Below, piece by piece: positions 1 to 9,106 of a stretch of 32,000 bases of DNA (position 1 is the stretch's first letter; the number at the start of each line of letters is the position of its first letter). A model generated the notes under the pieces. The model saw only the letters and a program-made list of their open reading frames with translations, searched no databases and was not told the DNA's origin. The position numbers were made by a program, and so were the translations under genes. Origin of the DNA: Pyrodictium abyssi (lineage in GTDB: Archaea > Thermoproteota > Thermoprotei_A > Sulfolobales > Pyrodictiaceae); assembly GCF_036323395.1 (NCBI RefSeq), contig NZ_AP028907.1, positions 900,001-932,000 of the forward strand. The letters run 5' to 3'.

Positions 1-324
1 TACAACGTCCTCTATTATGAGAAGTGGTGGGAGCATACGTCTACGCGGCAGATCATGGTCTCCAGGGACTACTATAAAAGGTATACCAGCTTGGCTTAGT
101 CTGCGTAGAGACCTTATGGCATAGTGTATTGCCTGGGGCGGTGGACGTGTAGAGTCGAAGAAGTCACCAGAGTGTACTACGGCATCAACCCTTTCCCTAA
201 GTGCTATCTCGACTACCTCATCGAAGACCCGGTATACGTCCATCTCCCTATCTATCAGCCCATACTGCCTATAGCCAAGATGAGTATCCGACACGTGAAG
301 TATCTGGACAGATTCTGCAGTCAT
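1..324 (-). CDS. mre11: Mre11 DNA double-strand-break repair nuclease, N-terminal 108 codons (partial, continues beyond window start)
   Basis: Absent from the supplied ORF track because it has no stop inside the window. The reverse complement of 324..1 reads MTAESVQILHVSDTHLGYRQYGLIDREMDVYRVFDEVVEIALRERVDAVVHSGDFFDSTRPPPQAIHYAIRSLRRLSQAGIPFIVVPGDHDLPRRR. This gives calcineurin-like phosphoesterase motifs I (DTH), II (GDFFD) and III (GDHD) in Mre11/SbcD order and spacing. It lies 59 nt downstream of herA on the same strand, as in crenarchaeal herA-mre11-rad50-nurA operons. Confidence 0.85.
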   Translation of the reverse strand, partial: MTAESVQILHVSDTHLGYRQYGLIDREMDVYRVFDEVVEIALRERVDAVVHSGDFFDSTRPPPQAIHYAIRSLRRLSQAGIPFIVVPGDHDLPRRRMLPPLLIIEDVV

Positions 325-383
325 GCCTCCAAGCACCTAGCGCAGCCCAGGGGTATCCCTCCTTCTAGGCGTGTAGGGTGATA

Positions 384-1931
384 CTACATGAACTCTGAGA
401 CAAAGTCATCCACACTTGTAGCCTCGTCCATCGTCCTGCGAAGCGACACCCACTCAGCGACCACGTCTATATCGGCTCCTCCGAGACGCCCCTCATAGCG
501 GTCTATCCGCACCAGGGCTGGTATGCGTATAAAGGGGCCTATAACCACGGCCTCCCCCGTGTTGAGAGACGGTAGGTGGGCTACTAGGTCGTCGCTCAGG
601 CTCTCACTCGCTGCCTGGATGTAGCGCTGGTCACTCGGCTCCACTATCCGTAGCACTATGAGGTTGTTAGCCTGGCTAAGTATCTCCGGGTCTAGCCCCT
701 TAGGCCTCTGGCTAACCAGCATCAGGCCTACGCCGAACTTACGCCCCTCGCGGGCTATTCTGGCGAGCCAGTACTTGGACAAGGTATCCTCATCCCTAGG
801 GGCCAGTATGTGCGCCTCCTCCACGACTATGAGTATAGGGAACGGTATCTGGCTCGAGCCGGTGAGCTTGTGGCGCTTCCTTTCAGCTAGAACTATCCGC
901 AGTACATGGCTTACCACAGCGTCGGCAGCGTCACGGTCTACGCGGCTCAAGTCAACAACGTTAGCGTAGCCAGGACGGATCCTCGACACCGGGTCAGCCG
1001 CGTCGTCACGTATTATGTCACCATAGCGCTCCTGGAGCGACTCAATCTTGTTAACCACGGCTGTTGCTGCAGTAGACTCCTCCCTCCTCCGGTGCGCCAT
1101 ACGCTCCACTATACTAGCCAATGTCTCCAGGAACCCGCCTCGCTCCTCGGAGCCGGACTCTCTCAGCTGTGATAAGGCCTTGCGTAGGACGCGCTCCTGG
1201 TTATAGTAGCGCTGCTCTATGCCCAGCAGAACCATCAGCTCCGATATGCTTAGCAGCCGTGGGTTTAGGACCGGGTCAATTACGTTGACATGGCCGCCGA
1301 GGTTCGAGCCAACATACTCGCCGTGGAAATCGAATATGAGCACAGTGCCCCCATGCCTAACAAGCCTATCAACTATTATGGCCACTGTGTTGCTCTTGCC
1401 GGCACCAGTAACAGCGAGAATTGCGGTATGCCTCGTAACCAACCTATTGACATTAACGTAGACCGGTATATCCGGGCGCGAGGCGAGCACGCCCAGACGA
1501 ACCCAGTAGGGCTCCTCGCCTCCGAACACACGCTTGAGCATCTCGCTAGGAGCACGATACACCCTGGCGCCTGGCAGAGGAGGTAGACGAGGCATACGAA
1601 GCGAGTCAACAGTACCCAGAAGCCTTGCAGTACACTCGAAGAATACGTCCTCGTCGCCCATTTCCGCGCTGAGCTTCTCGACTATAGTCGGATCATATAC
1701 TCCTGGCAGAGCGTTCAACGTTATGCTCCTAGTGCCGACCTGCTCGACCATCCCTAAGATAGCGCCGCCAGGGTGTTCTATCATAACGTAGTCGCCGACG
1801 GGTGGCGGATTTGACGAGACAAACCTAGCTATTACCGGTGTAGAGTTGTCTACGACGAAGCCTAGAGGCCCCTCATGAGTAGATGGGCTGCTCTCGGAGT
1901 TGTCATGCCTAGCGGTTCCTGCTCTGTGCAT
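384..1931 (-). CDS. herA: HerA-type (DUF87/FtsK-HerA superfamily) DNA helicase/ATPase
   Basis: 515-aa ORF with Walker A AILAVTGAGKSNTV and Walker B ILIVVEEAHILAP. The size is typical of archaeal HerA and it sits immediately upstream of mre11. The many plus-strand ORFs inside it (658..969, 906..1172 and others) are antisense shadows. Confidence 0.8.
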   Translation of the reverse strand: MHRAGTARHDNSESSPSTHEGPLGFVVDNSTPVIARFVSSNPPPVGDYVMIEHPGGAILGMVEQVGTRSITLNALPGVYDPTIVEKLSAEMGDEDVFFECTARLLGTVDSLRMPRLPPLPGARVYRAPSEMLKRVFGGEEPYWVRLGVLASRPDIPVYVNVNRLVTRHTAILAVTGAGKSNTVAIIVDRLVRHGGTVLIFDFHGEYVGSNLGGHVNVIDPVLNPRLLSISELMVLLGIEQRYYNQERVLRKALSQLRESGSEERGGFLETLASIVERMAHRRREESTAATAVVNKIESLQERYGDIIRDDAADPVSRIRPGYANVVDLSRVDRDAADAVVSHVLRIVLAERKRHKLTGSSQIPFPILIVVEEAHILAPRDEDTLSKYWLARIAREGRKFGVGLMLVSQRPKGLDPEILSQANNLIVLRIVEPSDQRYIQAASESLSDDLVAHLPSLNTGEAVVIGPFIRIPALVRIDRYEGRLGGADIDVVAEWVSLRRTMDEATSVDDFVSEFM

Positions 1932-2034
1932 TACAGTGTCGCCTCCAGTGCGACGTCGGCGTACAGGACCCGCCTGGTCTGATGCATACTAGCCTCTGGA
2001 CGGGCGGCTAAGGAGGCTTCTACACAGCAGAGGT

Positions 2035-2598
2035 CTATATGCAGACGCCGCGCCGGTGGTGTGCACGAGAGTAGATAGCACATGGAGGTGCTACCATTAC
2101 AGCGGCATAGCCTAGCGAGCGATGTACACGTACTACTTTGACGAGCACTAGTATATCGGGGTTGTCCAGGTCCACTGGTAGATCTATGTTCTCAGCTATA
2201 GCCTCTATAGCCTCCCTCTTGTGCAGCAGTTTACCCGTCTCTCTATCGTAGAGCCTGCCCTCGAGCCTTATCGCGAAGCTAGCGCCCTCATCGGCCTTAG
2301 ACATGAGCAGGTCCTTCACGACAGCGGCTACGTAATCGACATACGGGGAAACCTCTAGGTCTATAGGCACAGCCCGCAGTATTACGCTGTCATCGGGAAC
2401 TCCTCTTGCTATGCGTCTCACGGCATCGTATGGATCCTCGACCTTTAGCAGTAGTAGCGAGCGGGGTGCGTCAAACAGCCTGGCCCGTCCAATGATGCTC
2501 TCTATCTCGCGTAGAGCCTTTCTCATGGAGTGGTATCCTGGCTCGTGGGCTACTATGAGGTTAAAGAGTCTATAGCGGGGTACATCCTCGGTCGTCAT
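2035..2598 (-). CDS. THUMP-domain protein (stand-alone, predicted RNA-binding)
   Basis: 187 aa. The central and C-terminal pattern SFAIRLEGRLYDRETGKLLHKREAIEAIAENIDLPVDLDNPDILVLVKVV matches the THUMP signature (f.v...R......s.e.....g..i....vdL.nPd..i.vei) as I remember it. No catalytic domain is attached. Confidence 0.55.
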   Translation of the reverse strand: MTTEDVPRYRLFNLIVAHEPGYHSMRKALREIESIIGRARLFDAPRSLLLLKVEDPYDAVRRIARGVPDDSVILRAVPIDLEVSPYVDYVAAVVKDLLMSKADEGASFAIRLEGRLYDRETGKLLHKREAIEAIAENIDLPVDLDNPDILVLVKVVRVHRSLGYAAVMVAPPCAIYSRAHHRRGVCI

Positions 2599-2701
2599 GC
2601 CGCTAGCTCCTCCGTGCTAGTGTATGCAAGCGCGCTGGTAGAGCGGCTGCACGCCTAAGGGCGGCTGCTTGTCTCCCCTTTTCTGAGGCTCGGCCCCAGG
2701 T

Positions 2702-3853
2702 TCACCTCCTTAGAGGCCTAACGACTGTCCGCATCTTTGTGACGGTCTCTATCCACACTGAAGCCACGTCCGCGAGACGCTTGTCACCCACACACTCAAC
2801 GTACACCATGTTTCGCTTCACCCTTGCCCGAGCCCTTCTACAGCCGAGAACCTCAGCAGCCTCTGCTACCTCGTTGTCCTCGGGAGGCTCTAGAGTCGAG
2901 CCACATGGCCCCCATTTGCACGCCCAGCACGCTAGTCTGTGAGCGACTATGTTGGCGGAGCAGCTACTCGGCAGCACTGCCAGGCCGTAGCGTCTGGCCA
3001 CTCTAGCGGCCAGCTCCTTCAAGTCGGTCTCGCGTATAGTGACCTGGTCGCGGCCACCTCGGGGAGGTCTTGGTAGACGCCTCTCTATGAGCGTAGTGTC
3101 CACGATTCTAGAGGCACGTAGCCTGCGTAGGATACCGTGTGTGACCCTCAGGCTGCCAGGAACCATTGTGCGTATACCAGCGTCCCTAGCTCTCCGCATT
3201 ATGTCGTCCAGCTCTCTGTCGGTAACGCCGGGTAATATGGGGCGTAGGAACAGCGTGACGCTGACCCCTCTACGTGCTAGCTCGCTAGCGAATTGGAATC
3301 TCTCCTCGGGACTAGGAGCTCCCGGCTCAAGCACTGAGGCATAGCGTATAGTAGTCATCGATAATAGTACGCTTATCCTGGGGTCGGCCTTCTTTGTGAA
3401 ATCCTCCAGGTACTCGCCGCTCAGAATCGACTTTGTAGATATCTGCTGCGGATTGCCGAGATAGCGCCATGTAGCCTCCAAGTACTCTAGCGCCTTCTCT
3501 ACGGTAGCCTCCATGAAGGGCTCTGTGACAGAGCCAAAGGCTAGTAGTGTCCCAGAGCTACCTGGCACGAAGTAGGGGTTTGTGAGCAGCGCGTATACTA
3601 GCTGTAGGCCAGAGAGCGGATAAGGGGCTGGCTTCAGTGGGAACCCCATCTCCGGCACATAGCAGTAGAGGCAGCCAAAGTTGCAGCCGATGCCAGTATG
3701 GATAGTCATGCCGCATGGGATGGGCCGGCGGCGGGTATGATGGTCTCTACGCGCCTCTCGGAGCTCTTCCTCGTCGAGCTTAGACTCTATGCTGGCTGCC
3801 AGCCTCTGTTTTTCGGCTAGGAGTATCTCCACGAGTCTCGCAAGTTTCTTCAA
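2702..3853 (-). CDS. Radical SAM protein (SplB/COG1533-like architecture)
   Basis: 383 aa with the canonical CxxxCxxC cluster GIGCNFGCLYCYVPE near the N-terminus. There is an additional C-terminal Cys-rich stretch, SSCSANIVAHRLACWACKWGPCGS. Confidence 0.7.
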   Translation of the reverse strand: MKKLARLVEILLAEKQRLAASIESKLDEEELREARRDHHTRRRPIPCGMTIHTGIGCNFGCLYCYVPEMGFPLKPAPYPLSGLQLVYALLTNPYFVPGSSGTLLAFGSVTEPFMEATVEKALEYLEATWRYLGNPQQISTKSILSGEYLEDFTKKADPRISVLLSMTTIRYASVLEPGAPSPEERFQFASELARRGVSVTLFLRPILPGVTDRELDDIMRRARDAGIRTMVPGSLRVTHGILRRLRASRIVDTTLIERRLPRPPRGGRDQVTIRETDLKELAARVARRYGLAVLPSSCSANIVAHRLACWACKWGPCGSTLEPPEDNEVAEAAEVLGCRRARARVKRNMVYVECVGDKRLADVASVWIETVTKMRTVVRPLRR

Positions 3854-3911
3854 CCACTGTATCCCTAACCGAGTTACCGAGTCAGCGCCCAGCTATTAGG
3901 CCCAACGGGGG

Positions 3912-5393
3912 ATGGAAGTTATTGTGTCCCAGAGCTTCAGCGTGATAGAATGGCGGGGTAAACCAGCGATACGTGTGCGGAATACGCTAGGCCAGCGACT
4001 GGAGGAGTTCAAGCCGCTAGAACCCGGGATAGTGCGCATGTATGTGTGCGGCCCGACGGTCTACGACTACACGCACATAGGTCACGCAAGGACATACGTG
4101 GCGTTCGACGCTATAAAGCGGTACCTTATGCTACGCGGCTACCACGTTATACATGTACAGAACATAACAGACATCGACGACAAGATAATCAATAGGGCTC
4201 AGCGCGAGGGTAGAGACTGGCGCGAGATAGTAGACGAGTATAGCCGCGACTACTTCGACATGCTGAAGAAGCTCAACATAAAGGTCCACATCCATCCACG
4301 CGTAACAGACCACATAAAGGAGATAATAGACTTCATACAAGGCCTCATAGACAAGGGCTATGCCTACGTAGCCCCGAGCGGCAGCGTATACTTCGACGTA
4401 GACGCCTTCCCCGACTACGGCAAGCTTAGTGGCCGATTCCACCCAGAAGACTGGCGGCAAGAAGAAGACGTACTACGCGAGAAGAAGAACCCCTACGACT
4501 TCGCCCTATGGAAGGCCTGGAAACCAGGCGAACCATACTGGGAGGCACCTTGGGGCCGCGGGAGACCCGGCTGGCACATAGAGTGTAGCGTAATGTCCTC
4601 GAGATACCTTGGAGGCCAGTTCGACATACACGGCGGCGGCCAGGACCTAGTATTCCCCCACCACGAGAACGAGAGAGCACAGAGCGAGGCATACTTCGGC
4701 AAAAGGCCCTGGGTCAAGTACTGGCTCCATACCGGGTATCTCACGATACACGGCGAGAAGATGAGTAAAAGCCTGGGCAACATAATACCGTTCCGCGAGG
4801 CAGCGAAGAAGTGGAACCCCCGCGTGCTGCGCATGTGGCTCCTAAGCGCGCATTATCGCACACAGCTAGACTTTAGCGAAGAAGCGCTAGCACAGGCAGA
4901 GGCGAATCTGCGCAGAATACGTGGAGCTGTATCAGAGCTGGCCCGTGTAATAGACGAGGCATCGCCTAGAGGCAGGCTAGACGACGACGAGGTAAAGACT
5001 GTGGAAGAAGTAGCAAAAGCCTACCTAGAGTTCCACGAGGCCATGAGCAACGACTTCAACACGGCGAAGGCACTCGCATCAGTATTAAGGCTCACTAGGA
5101 TAGTGAACAGCGCTATAATACCGGGCGAGTACTACACAGCAGGCATCCTCGCGCTACGACTCTACGAGGAGTTCAACACGGTATTCAGCGTCATAGACGA
5201 CATACTCTATGGTACAGCTGCACCTGGAGGCGAGATAGCAGAGAAGCTAATAGAACTGATAGTATCGGTACGCCAGGAGCTAAGAAAGCGAAGAATATAC
5301 GACGTAGCCGACAGTATACGCTCGGAACTCTCACAGCTAGGCATACGGCTCTACGACCATCCAGGCGGAAAGACAACTTGGCGCATAGAGTAG
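3912..5393 (+). CDS. cysS: Cysteinyl-tRNA synthetase
   Basis: 493 aa with NTLG..EEFKP...[22 protein letters not shown] (HIGH motif), WHIECS, and [11 protein letters not shown] (KMSKS motif). This is the class I CysRS layout. Confidence 0.95.
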   Translation: MEVIVSQSFSVIEWRGKPAIRVRNTLGQRLEEFKPLEPGIVRMYVCGPTVYDYTHIGHARTYVAFDAIKRYLMLRGYHVIHVQNITDIDDKIINRAQREGRDWREIVDEYSRDYFDMLKKLNIKVHIHPRVTDHIKEIIDFIQGLIDKGYAYVAPSGSVYFDVDAFPDYGKLSGRFHPEDWRQEEDVLREKKNPYDFALWKAWKPGEPYWEAPWGRGRPGWHIECSVMSSRYLGGQFDIHGGGQDLVFPHHENERAQSEAYFGKRPWVKYWLHTGYLTIHGEKMSKSLGNIIPFREAAKKWNPRVLRMWLLSAHYRTQLDFSEEALAQAEANLRRIRGAVSELARVIDEASPRGRLDDDEVKTVEEVAKAYLEFHEAMSNDFNTAKALASVLRLTRIVNSAIIPGEYYTAGILALRLYEEFNTVFSVIDDILYGTAAPGGEIAEKLIELIVSVRQELRKRRIYDVADSIRSELSQLGIRLYDHPGGKTTWRIE

Positions 5394-5434
5394 GAACAAG
5401 TGGTAAACAAATAGCCGCAACCAGAGGGCGATTT

Positions 5435-6037
5435 CTAGCGTGAGTCGGGCGTGTTGTAATCCTGAGCAACGTCGCGGGTACCGCTCTTTCTTATCCTTTC
5501 AAGGGCCTGGTGGAGAAGCTTACCCCTGTCAAGAGGCTCTAGGCTTTGATCAGAAATGCCCCTTACATAGATATAGAAGGTCCTCTGCCATGAACGCTGC
5601 AGCTCGTACGTGGTAATGGGATTCCATCCTGGAACCGGGAAATCGAGCGACACGACTATGGCGCCGGGTTTCAGTTCAGATTCTAGCTTTGGACGGAGCT
5701 TCTGGTTAACACTAGTAAGCAGATACATGTACACTATGTCAGCGTCTCCAAGCGGTATCTTGAAGAAATCCGCCTCTATAACCTCTACACGGTCAGCGAG
5801 GCCGCGCTCCCTGACAACTTGCCGAGCCCTCTCAGCAAGGTCACTTCTCAGCTCAACGCATCTTACACGTATGTGGGGGAATGCCTCTGCCAGGGCTACT
5901 GCTACACGGCCATCGCCACAGCCTATATCGTAGATTATGTCGCCCCTCTTGGGCCTCAGTATAGAAACTAGGCTCCTTATCACCTCGTCTCGCGTTGGAA
6001 CCCACGGCACCGACGGCTGATAACCATACCCTATCAT
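5435..6037 (-). CDS. Class I SAM-dependent methyltransferase
   Basis: 200 aa. Motif I is IIYDIGCGDGRVAVALA, followed by an acidic residue at the end of beta-2 (RCVELRSD) and ADIVYMY. Convergent with cysS. Confidence 0.7.
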   Translation of the reverse strand: MIGYGYQPSVPWVPTRDEVIRSLVSILRPKRGDIIYDIGCGDGRVAVALAEAFPHIRVRCVELRSDLAERARQVVRERGLADRVEVIEADFFKIPLGDADIVYMYLLTSVNQKLRPKLESELKPGAIVVSLDFPVPGWNPITTYELQRSWQRTFYIYVRGISDQSLEPLDRGKLLHQALERIRKSGTRDVAQDYNTPDSR

Positions 6038-6224
6038 GATCTTATGCCTCCGGCGAGTACTCTACAGGGGGTGTACGCCACACTGTGCTGCAGCCAGGCG
6101 CCCAATAGGCTTAGAGACGCAGGGCTAGAGATTATATTCAGCTACGCCTGGCACCCACTACTAACGAGACTAGCCTTATTAGCGTCACTTTAGCACCTAC
6201 CACGCCAACAGTACTGGGGGCATA

Positions 6225-6521
6225 ATGGACACGCCGCCAGTGCATAGTGATACGGTCTCAAGACTCATACCTGCAGGAATAGCACTCATATTTATCGGGA
6301 TGTTACTAGTATTCATGGGCGTGTTCTATAGCATAATCCGTAGTAGTGGTAAAGGAGAATACGGTGGAGTCGTGGTGATAGGCCCCTTCCCCATAGTCTT
6401 TGGGACAAGCAGCGATGCCGTGAAGATAGCAGTAATAGGAGCAATAGTAATGATGGTCCTGGCCCTAGTGATAATGCTGCTACCATTGCTTGTTAGTAGG
6501 GGTATGGCGCCAACCAGGTGA
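6225..6521 (+). CDS. Small integral membrane protein (two predicted TM helices; DUF131/TIGR00304-like by recollection)
   Basis: 98 aa. Two long hydrophobic segments (LIPAGIALIFIGMLLVFMGVFY and IAVIGAIVMMVLALVIMLLPLLV) flank a Gly-rich loop, GVVVIGPFPIVFG. Confidence 0.5.
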   Translation: MDTPPVHSDTVSRLIPAGIALIFIGMLLVFMGVFYSIIRSSGKGEYGGVVVIGPFPIVFGTSSDAVKIAVIGAIVMMVLALVIMLLPLLVSRGMAPTR

Positions 6522-6637
6522 AGCCAGCTCAGCGACCAGGCCATAGTGCGGTGGCTTGCATGGCCCTACGCATCACAGCACTTATCTTATACAGATTTGC
6601 GGTGTAACCGGGCTGGAATCCTGGCTAGGTGTAGACG

Positions 6638-7201
6638 GTGTCTAGACAAGGCATAGACATTCATGTAGAAGACATGCTAATGAAAGCTGATAGGCAAGTG
6701 TTGAGGACACTATCGCCCCGTGCACGTTGTATCGTGTTGGCACTAAGAGTGATGGAGCCTACCGGGGTAGATATAGCTGACCTAGAGACCAGGATAGAGA
6801 GCTTCGGGTTTCGATGCATAAAGCTCAATGAAGTGCTATACATGCTATCGTATCATGGCATAGTTGAATGTATGGGTAGAGTCTGCAGACTAACAGATGC
6901 TGGGGCGGAGCTCTCAGCCGCTCTCAGCGAGTTCCTTGCGAATATACGGCGCCTAGCACACAGCGTCATAGAGGGCTCTGTCGACGAGGATGATGTGTTG
7001 TCAAGCCTAGTTACAGCTTTCGCAAGTACCCTAGGCCTTATAGAGTCGTACGTTGAGGAACCCACTCTGATGCCGCTGTACCTATCCCTGCACATGTACA
7101 TAACTGGGTTGAGTACAGCTGTATTAGCACAGCTGGCAAGAGTAAGCGCTACAGTGCTTGACACAGTGAAACGTTTCACCGAAGGCTACGGAACCGAGTG
7201 A
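6638..7201 (+). CDS. Hypothetical protein with N-terminal winged-helix-like region
   Basis: 187 aa with a GTG start. The N-terminal segment RARCIVLALRVMEPTGVDIADLETRI...LNEVLYMLSYHGIVECMGRVCRLTDAG looks like an ArsR/MarR-type wHTH. GC is lower than in the flanking core genes. Confidence 0.4.
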   Translation: MSRQGIDIHVEDMLMKADRQVLRTLSPRARCIVLALRVMEPTGVDIADLETRIESFGFRCIKLNEVLYMLSYHGIVECMGRVCRLTDAGAELSAALSEFLANIRRLAHSVIEGSVDEDDVLSSLVTAFASTLGLIESYVEEPTLMPLYLSLHMYITGLSTAVLAQLARVSATVLDTVKRFTEGYGTE

Positions 7202-7209
7202 AACGTTTC
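7165..7209. promoter_or_regulatory. Two copies of AGTGAAACGTTTC (each containing the 10-bp palindrome GAAACGTTTC), 32 bp apart start to start; candidate operator pair
   Basis: Exact 13-nt matches at 7165..7177 and 7197..7209. They straddle the stop codon (7199..7201) of the wHTH ORF and lead into the AT-rich 7202..7382 spacer upstream of the next wHTH ORF. Confidence 0.4.
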
Positions 7210-7382
7210 CACCCTATCCGCTTCCGCGGGCACAGCATATTCGATTCCTAATTGTGGTGTCATTATTATGTTATTGTGTAAAGCAATAATTTTACTAGTT
7301 AGTCCATCAACTTATATGAACATTGTATAGGGTAATACTTATCAAGAATGAACATGAACACTTGTTAACGGGGTGTATAGGT

Positions 7383-7760
7383 ATGAGTTTAGACCTAAAA
7401 GTACTATACGAGGATGAAGAACTAGTTGTAATGAAGGCGCCAACAGACGAAGAGCTAGTAGACCTAGTATACAACTTCATACGGAGCAAGGGCCGGCCAG
7501 TAACGTGGAAGGAGCTGCGTGACGCGTTTAGCGGCATAGCCGGCGAGGATAGGCTTCGCAAAGCACTAAGCAAGCTCCGCATGCGCGGCGACATAGTGGA
7601 GCTCCGGGGTGGCAGATACGCCACGCTAGACATGCCAGGGGTCATCGAAGAGCTCGAAGAACGTAGGCGCAGGAGGATGCTGCGGGAAGCACTAAGCCTT
7701 GAATGGAAGCTCTATGGCCCGCCACCCAGACGCAAGAAGAGCGTAGAGGCGACGAACTAG
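7383..7760 (+). CDS. Hypothetical small winged-helix-like protein
   Basis: The track ORF is 7323..7760. I prefer the first ATG at 7383 (MSLDLKVLYEDEE...) because 7323..7382 is AT-rich, promoter-like sequence. The segment LVDLVYNFIRSKGRPVTWKELRDAFSGIAGEDRLRKALSKLRMRGDIVELRGGRY resembles a wHTH, and the tail is basic. Confidence 0.4.
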   Translation: MSLDLKVLYEDEELVVMKAPTDEELVDLVYNFIRSKGRPVTWKELRDAFSGIAGEDRLRKALSKLRMRGDIVELRGGRYATLDMPGVIEELEERRRRRMLREALSLEWKLYGPPPRRKKSVEATN

Positions 7761-7945
7761 GCGGGCCGAGCTAGTAGGCGCCTAACAGTGTAGCATGTGT
7801 AGGGCCAGACTCCGGTATCCATGTCTCCCTTTTTGTCTTATTGAAGCGTTCCAACTCGTGTGGGGCTCCGTTCTGCGTCTGATACGCCTATAGGGCTTAT
7901 GAAGCATATACGACCCTACTCTTTTGTTACTGGGTGTAGCCTGGA

Positions 7946-8170
7946 GTGCCAGCCCGTAGACAGAGGCAGACAAGTATCTCGGAGGTAGTACTCCTAGCTA
8001 AGCCTAAGAAGCCTACGAAATTCTACGCCGACAATAAGGGCGGTATTGTAATACTTCGTGGGGAAGATGGGGCAATAGCTGTAGTTCCAGAAGACGAAGT
8101 ATGCGTCTTGGCGGAGAGGCTGAATATGATAATAGTGGGGTACAATTGTAGGAAACGTGGCAAACATTAG
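7946..8170 (+). CDS. Hypothetical protein (weak call)
   Basis: 74-aa ORF with no recognisable motif. I kept it only because nothing else occupies the region and it is co-directional with its neighbours. Confidence 0.2.
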   Translation: MPARRQRQTSISEVVLLAKPKKPTKFYADNKGGIVILRGEDGAIAVVPEDEVCVLAERLNMIIVGYNCRKRGKH

Positions 8171-8329
8171 AGGTGTATGGAGCCCTTCCTAAGGCGTATA
8201 AGGCGTCTCCTGTACGTGCTGTGCGTAAGAGTGAAAAACTGGGCGATGAAGGCCCCTCGCTTGAGAGCCCTAGTCTGTGTGGAGAGAGCGCCTGGGAGCT
8301 GCTGGAAGAGAGTAGTGGGGGCGACAGCA

Positions 8330-8755
8330 ATGGAGGTTGTTAGGAGAGAGGTGCAGCAGTACAGTAAGGCAGAAGACTTCATCGTGGGTAAGCACGTGTA
8401 TGGAAACCTATACGGCATTGACCCAGAGAAGCTCTGGGACGAAGAAAGCCTAAAGAACATTGTAGTAGAGGCGGCGAAGGTAGCCAACATGCACCTGGTG
8501 GAGCTAAAGTCGTGGAAGTTCACCGGATACCATGGTGGCGTCTCGATAATCGCCCTAGTGCTGGAGAGCCACATCGCGATACACACATGGCCCGACTACG
8601 GCTATGCTACAGTCGACGTGTATACTTGCGGAGCACAGAGCGACCCATGGAAAGCCTTCAACTACATCATAGCTAGGTTGAGGCCAAAACACTACATAGT
8701 ACACTACGCCGACCGGAGCAGTATACCAGGAGCTACAGAGAATGAGAGAAAGTAA
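8330..8755 (+). CDS. Pyruvoyl-dependent AdoMetDC-family proenzyme (S-adenosylmethionine decarboxylase, or its crenarchaeal arginine decarboxylase paralogue)
   Basis: The hallmark [25 protein letters not shown] is present, with the self-cleavage Glu-Ser site followed by HTWPE/D. The track ORF starts at 8177, but an in-frame ATG at 8330 ([13 protein letters not shown]...) gives the usual family size of about 140 aa. Confidence 0.85.
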   Translation: MEVVRREVQQYSKAEDFIVGKHVYGNLYGIDPEKLWDEESLKNIVVEAAKVANMHLVELKSWKFTGYHGGVSIIALVLESHIAIHTWPDYGYATVDVYTCGAQSDPWKAFNYIIARLRPKHYIVHYADRSSIPGATENERK

Positions 8756-9106
8756 GCCTCCGGTTCTACGTCTTTTAGCCCTCGGGCCCAGAGCAGGCTG
8801 CCTCAACCAGCCCATACAATAGGCCTTGTATGGTGCGGAGAAGAATAGTGGCATCTTACACCTGGCTAGCAGTTATTCGTGGCGCCAGCAGGGTTGCTGG
8901 TGCAATTCCGCAGCGTAGTTCTGTGCTAGTATGATGTTCCCTCAGAGACGGCCGCGGCTTCTTCATCGCATAGCGCTCATTGAAACACGGCTCTTCATCG
9001 GAGGGCTCGACACACCAAATACCAAACTGGATGCTGGGGCTGCTAGGCAGTAGGTACTCCCGGCTCGACGGGCTGCCTAGAGGACGACAAGACTATGGGT
9101 ATGGTG

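Noticed and set aside
1-381. Plus-strand ORFs: an open frame at 1..99 (YNVLYYEKWWEH...) and the track ORF 124..381 (85 aa)
   Set aside because: Both lie antisense to a much better supported Mre11 N-terminus with three phosphoesterase motifs. Neither has any recognisable motif.
658-1791. Cluster of plus- and minus-strand ORFs (658..969, 906..1172, 1219..1461, 1290..1586, 1376..1609, 1534..1791) inside herA
   Set aside because: These are shadow ORFs opposite to, or out of frame with, a 515-aa gene that has Walker A/B motifs. Their composition is Ser/Arg/Leu-rich, typical of antisense frames in GC-rich coding DNA. The same reasoning was applied to the other internal ORFs in cysS, argS, the napA-like gene, the M28 gene, the GT4 gene and the UPF0104 gene.
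8938-9002. Possible minus-strand C/D-box sRNA in the 350-nt gap between the AdoMetDC-family gene and DUF2283 (cgATGAAGAgccgtgtttcaATGAgcgctatgcgATGAAGAagccgcggccgtctCTGAggg)
   Set aside because: Both putative C/C' boxes are AUGAAGA rather than RUGAUGA. The D' box would be AUGA. The C'-to-D spacer is 14 nt instead of about 12. No adjacent terminal stem is evident. I also found no canonical RTGATGA box in any intergenic region. It remains worth a covariance-model scan, but I cannot support it.
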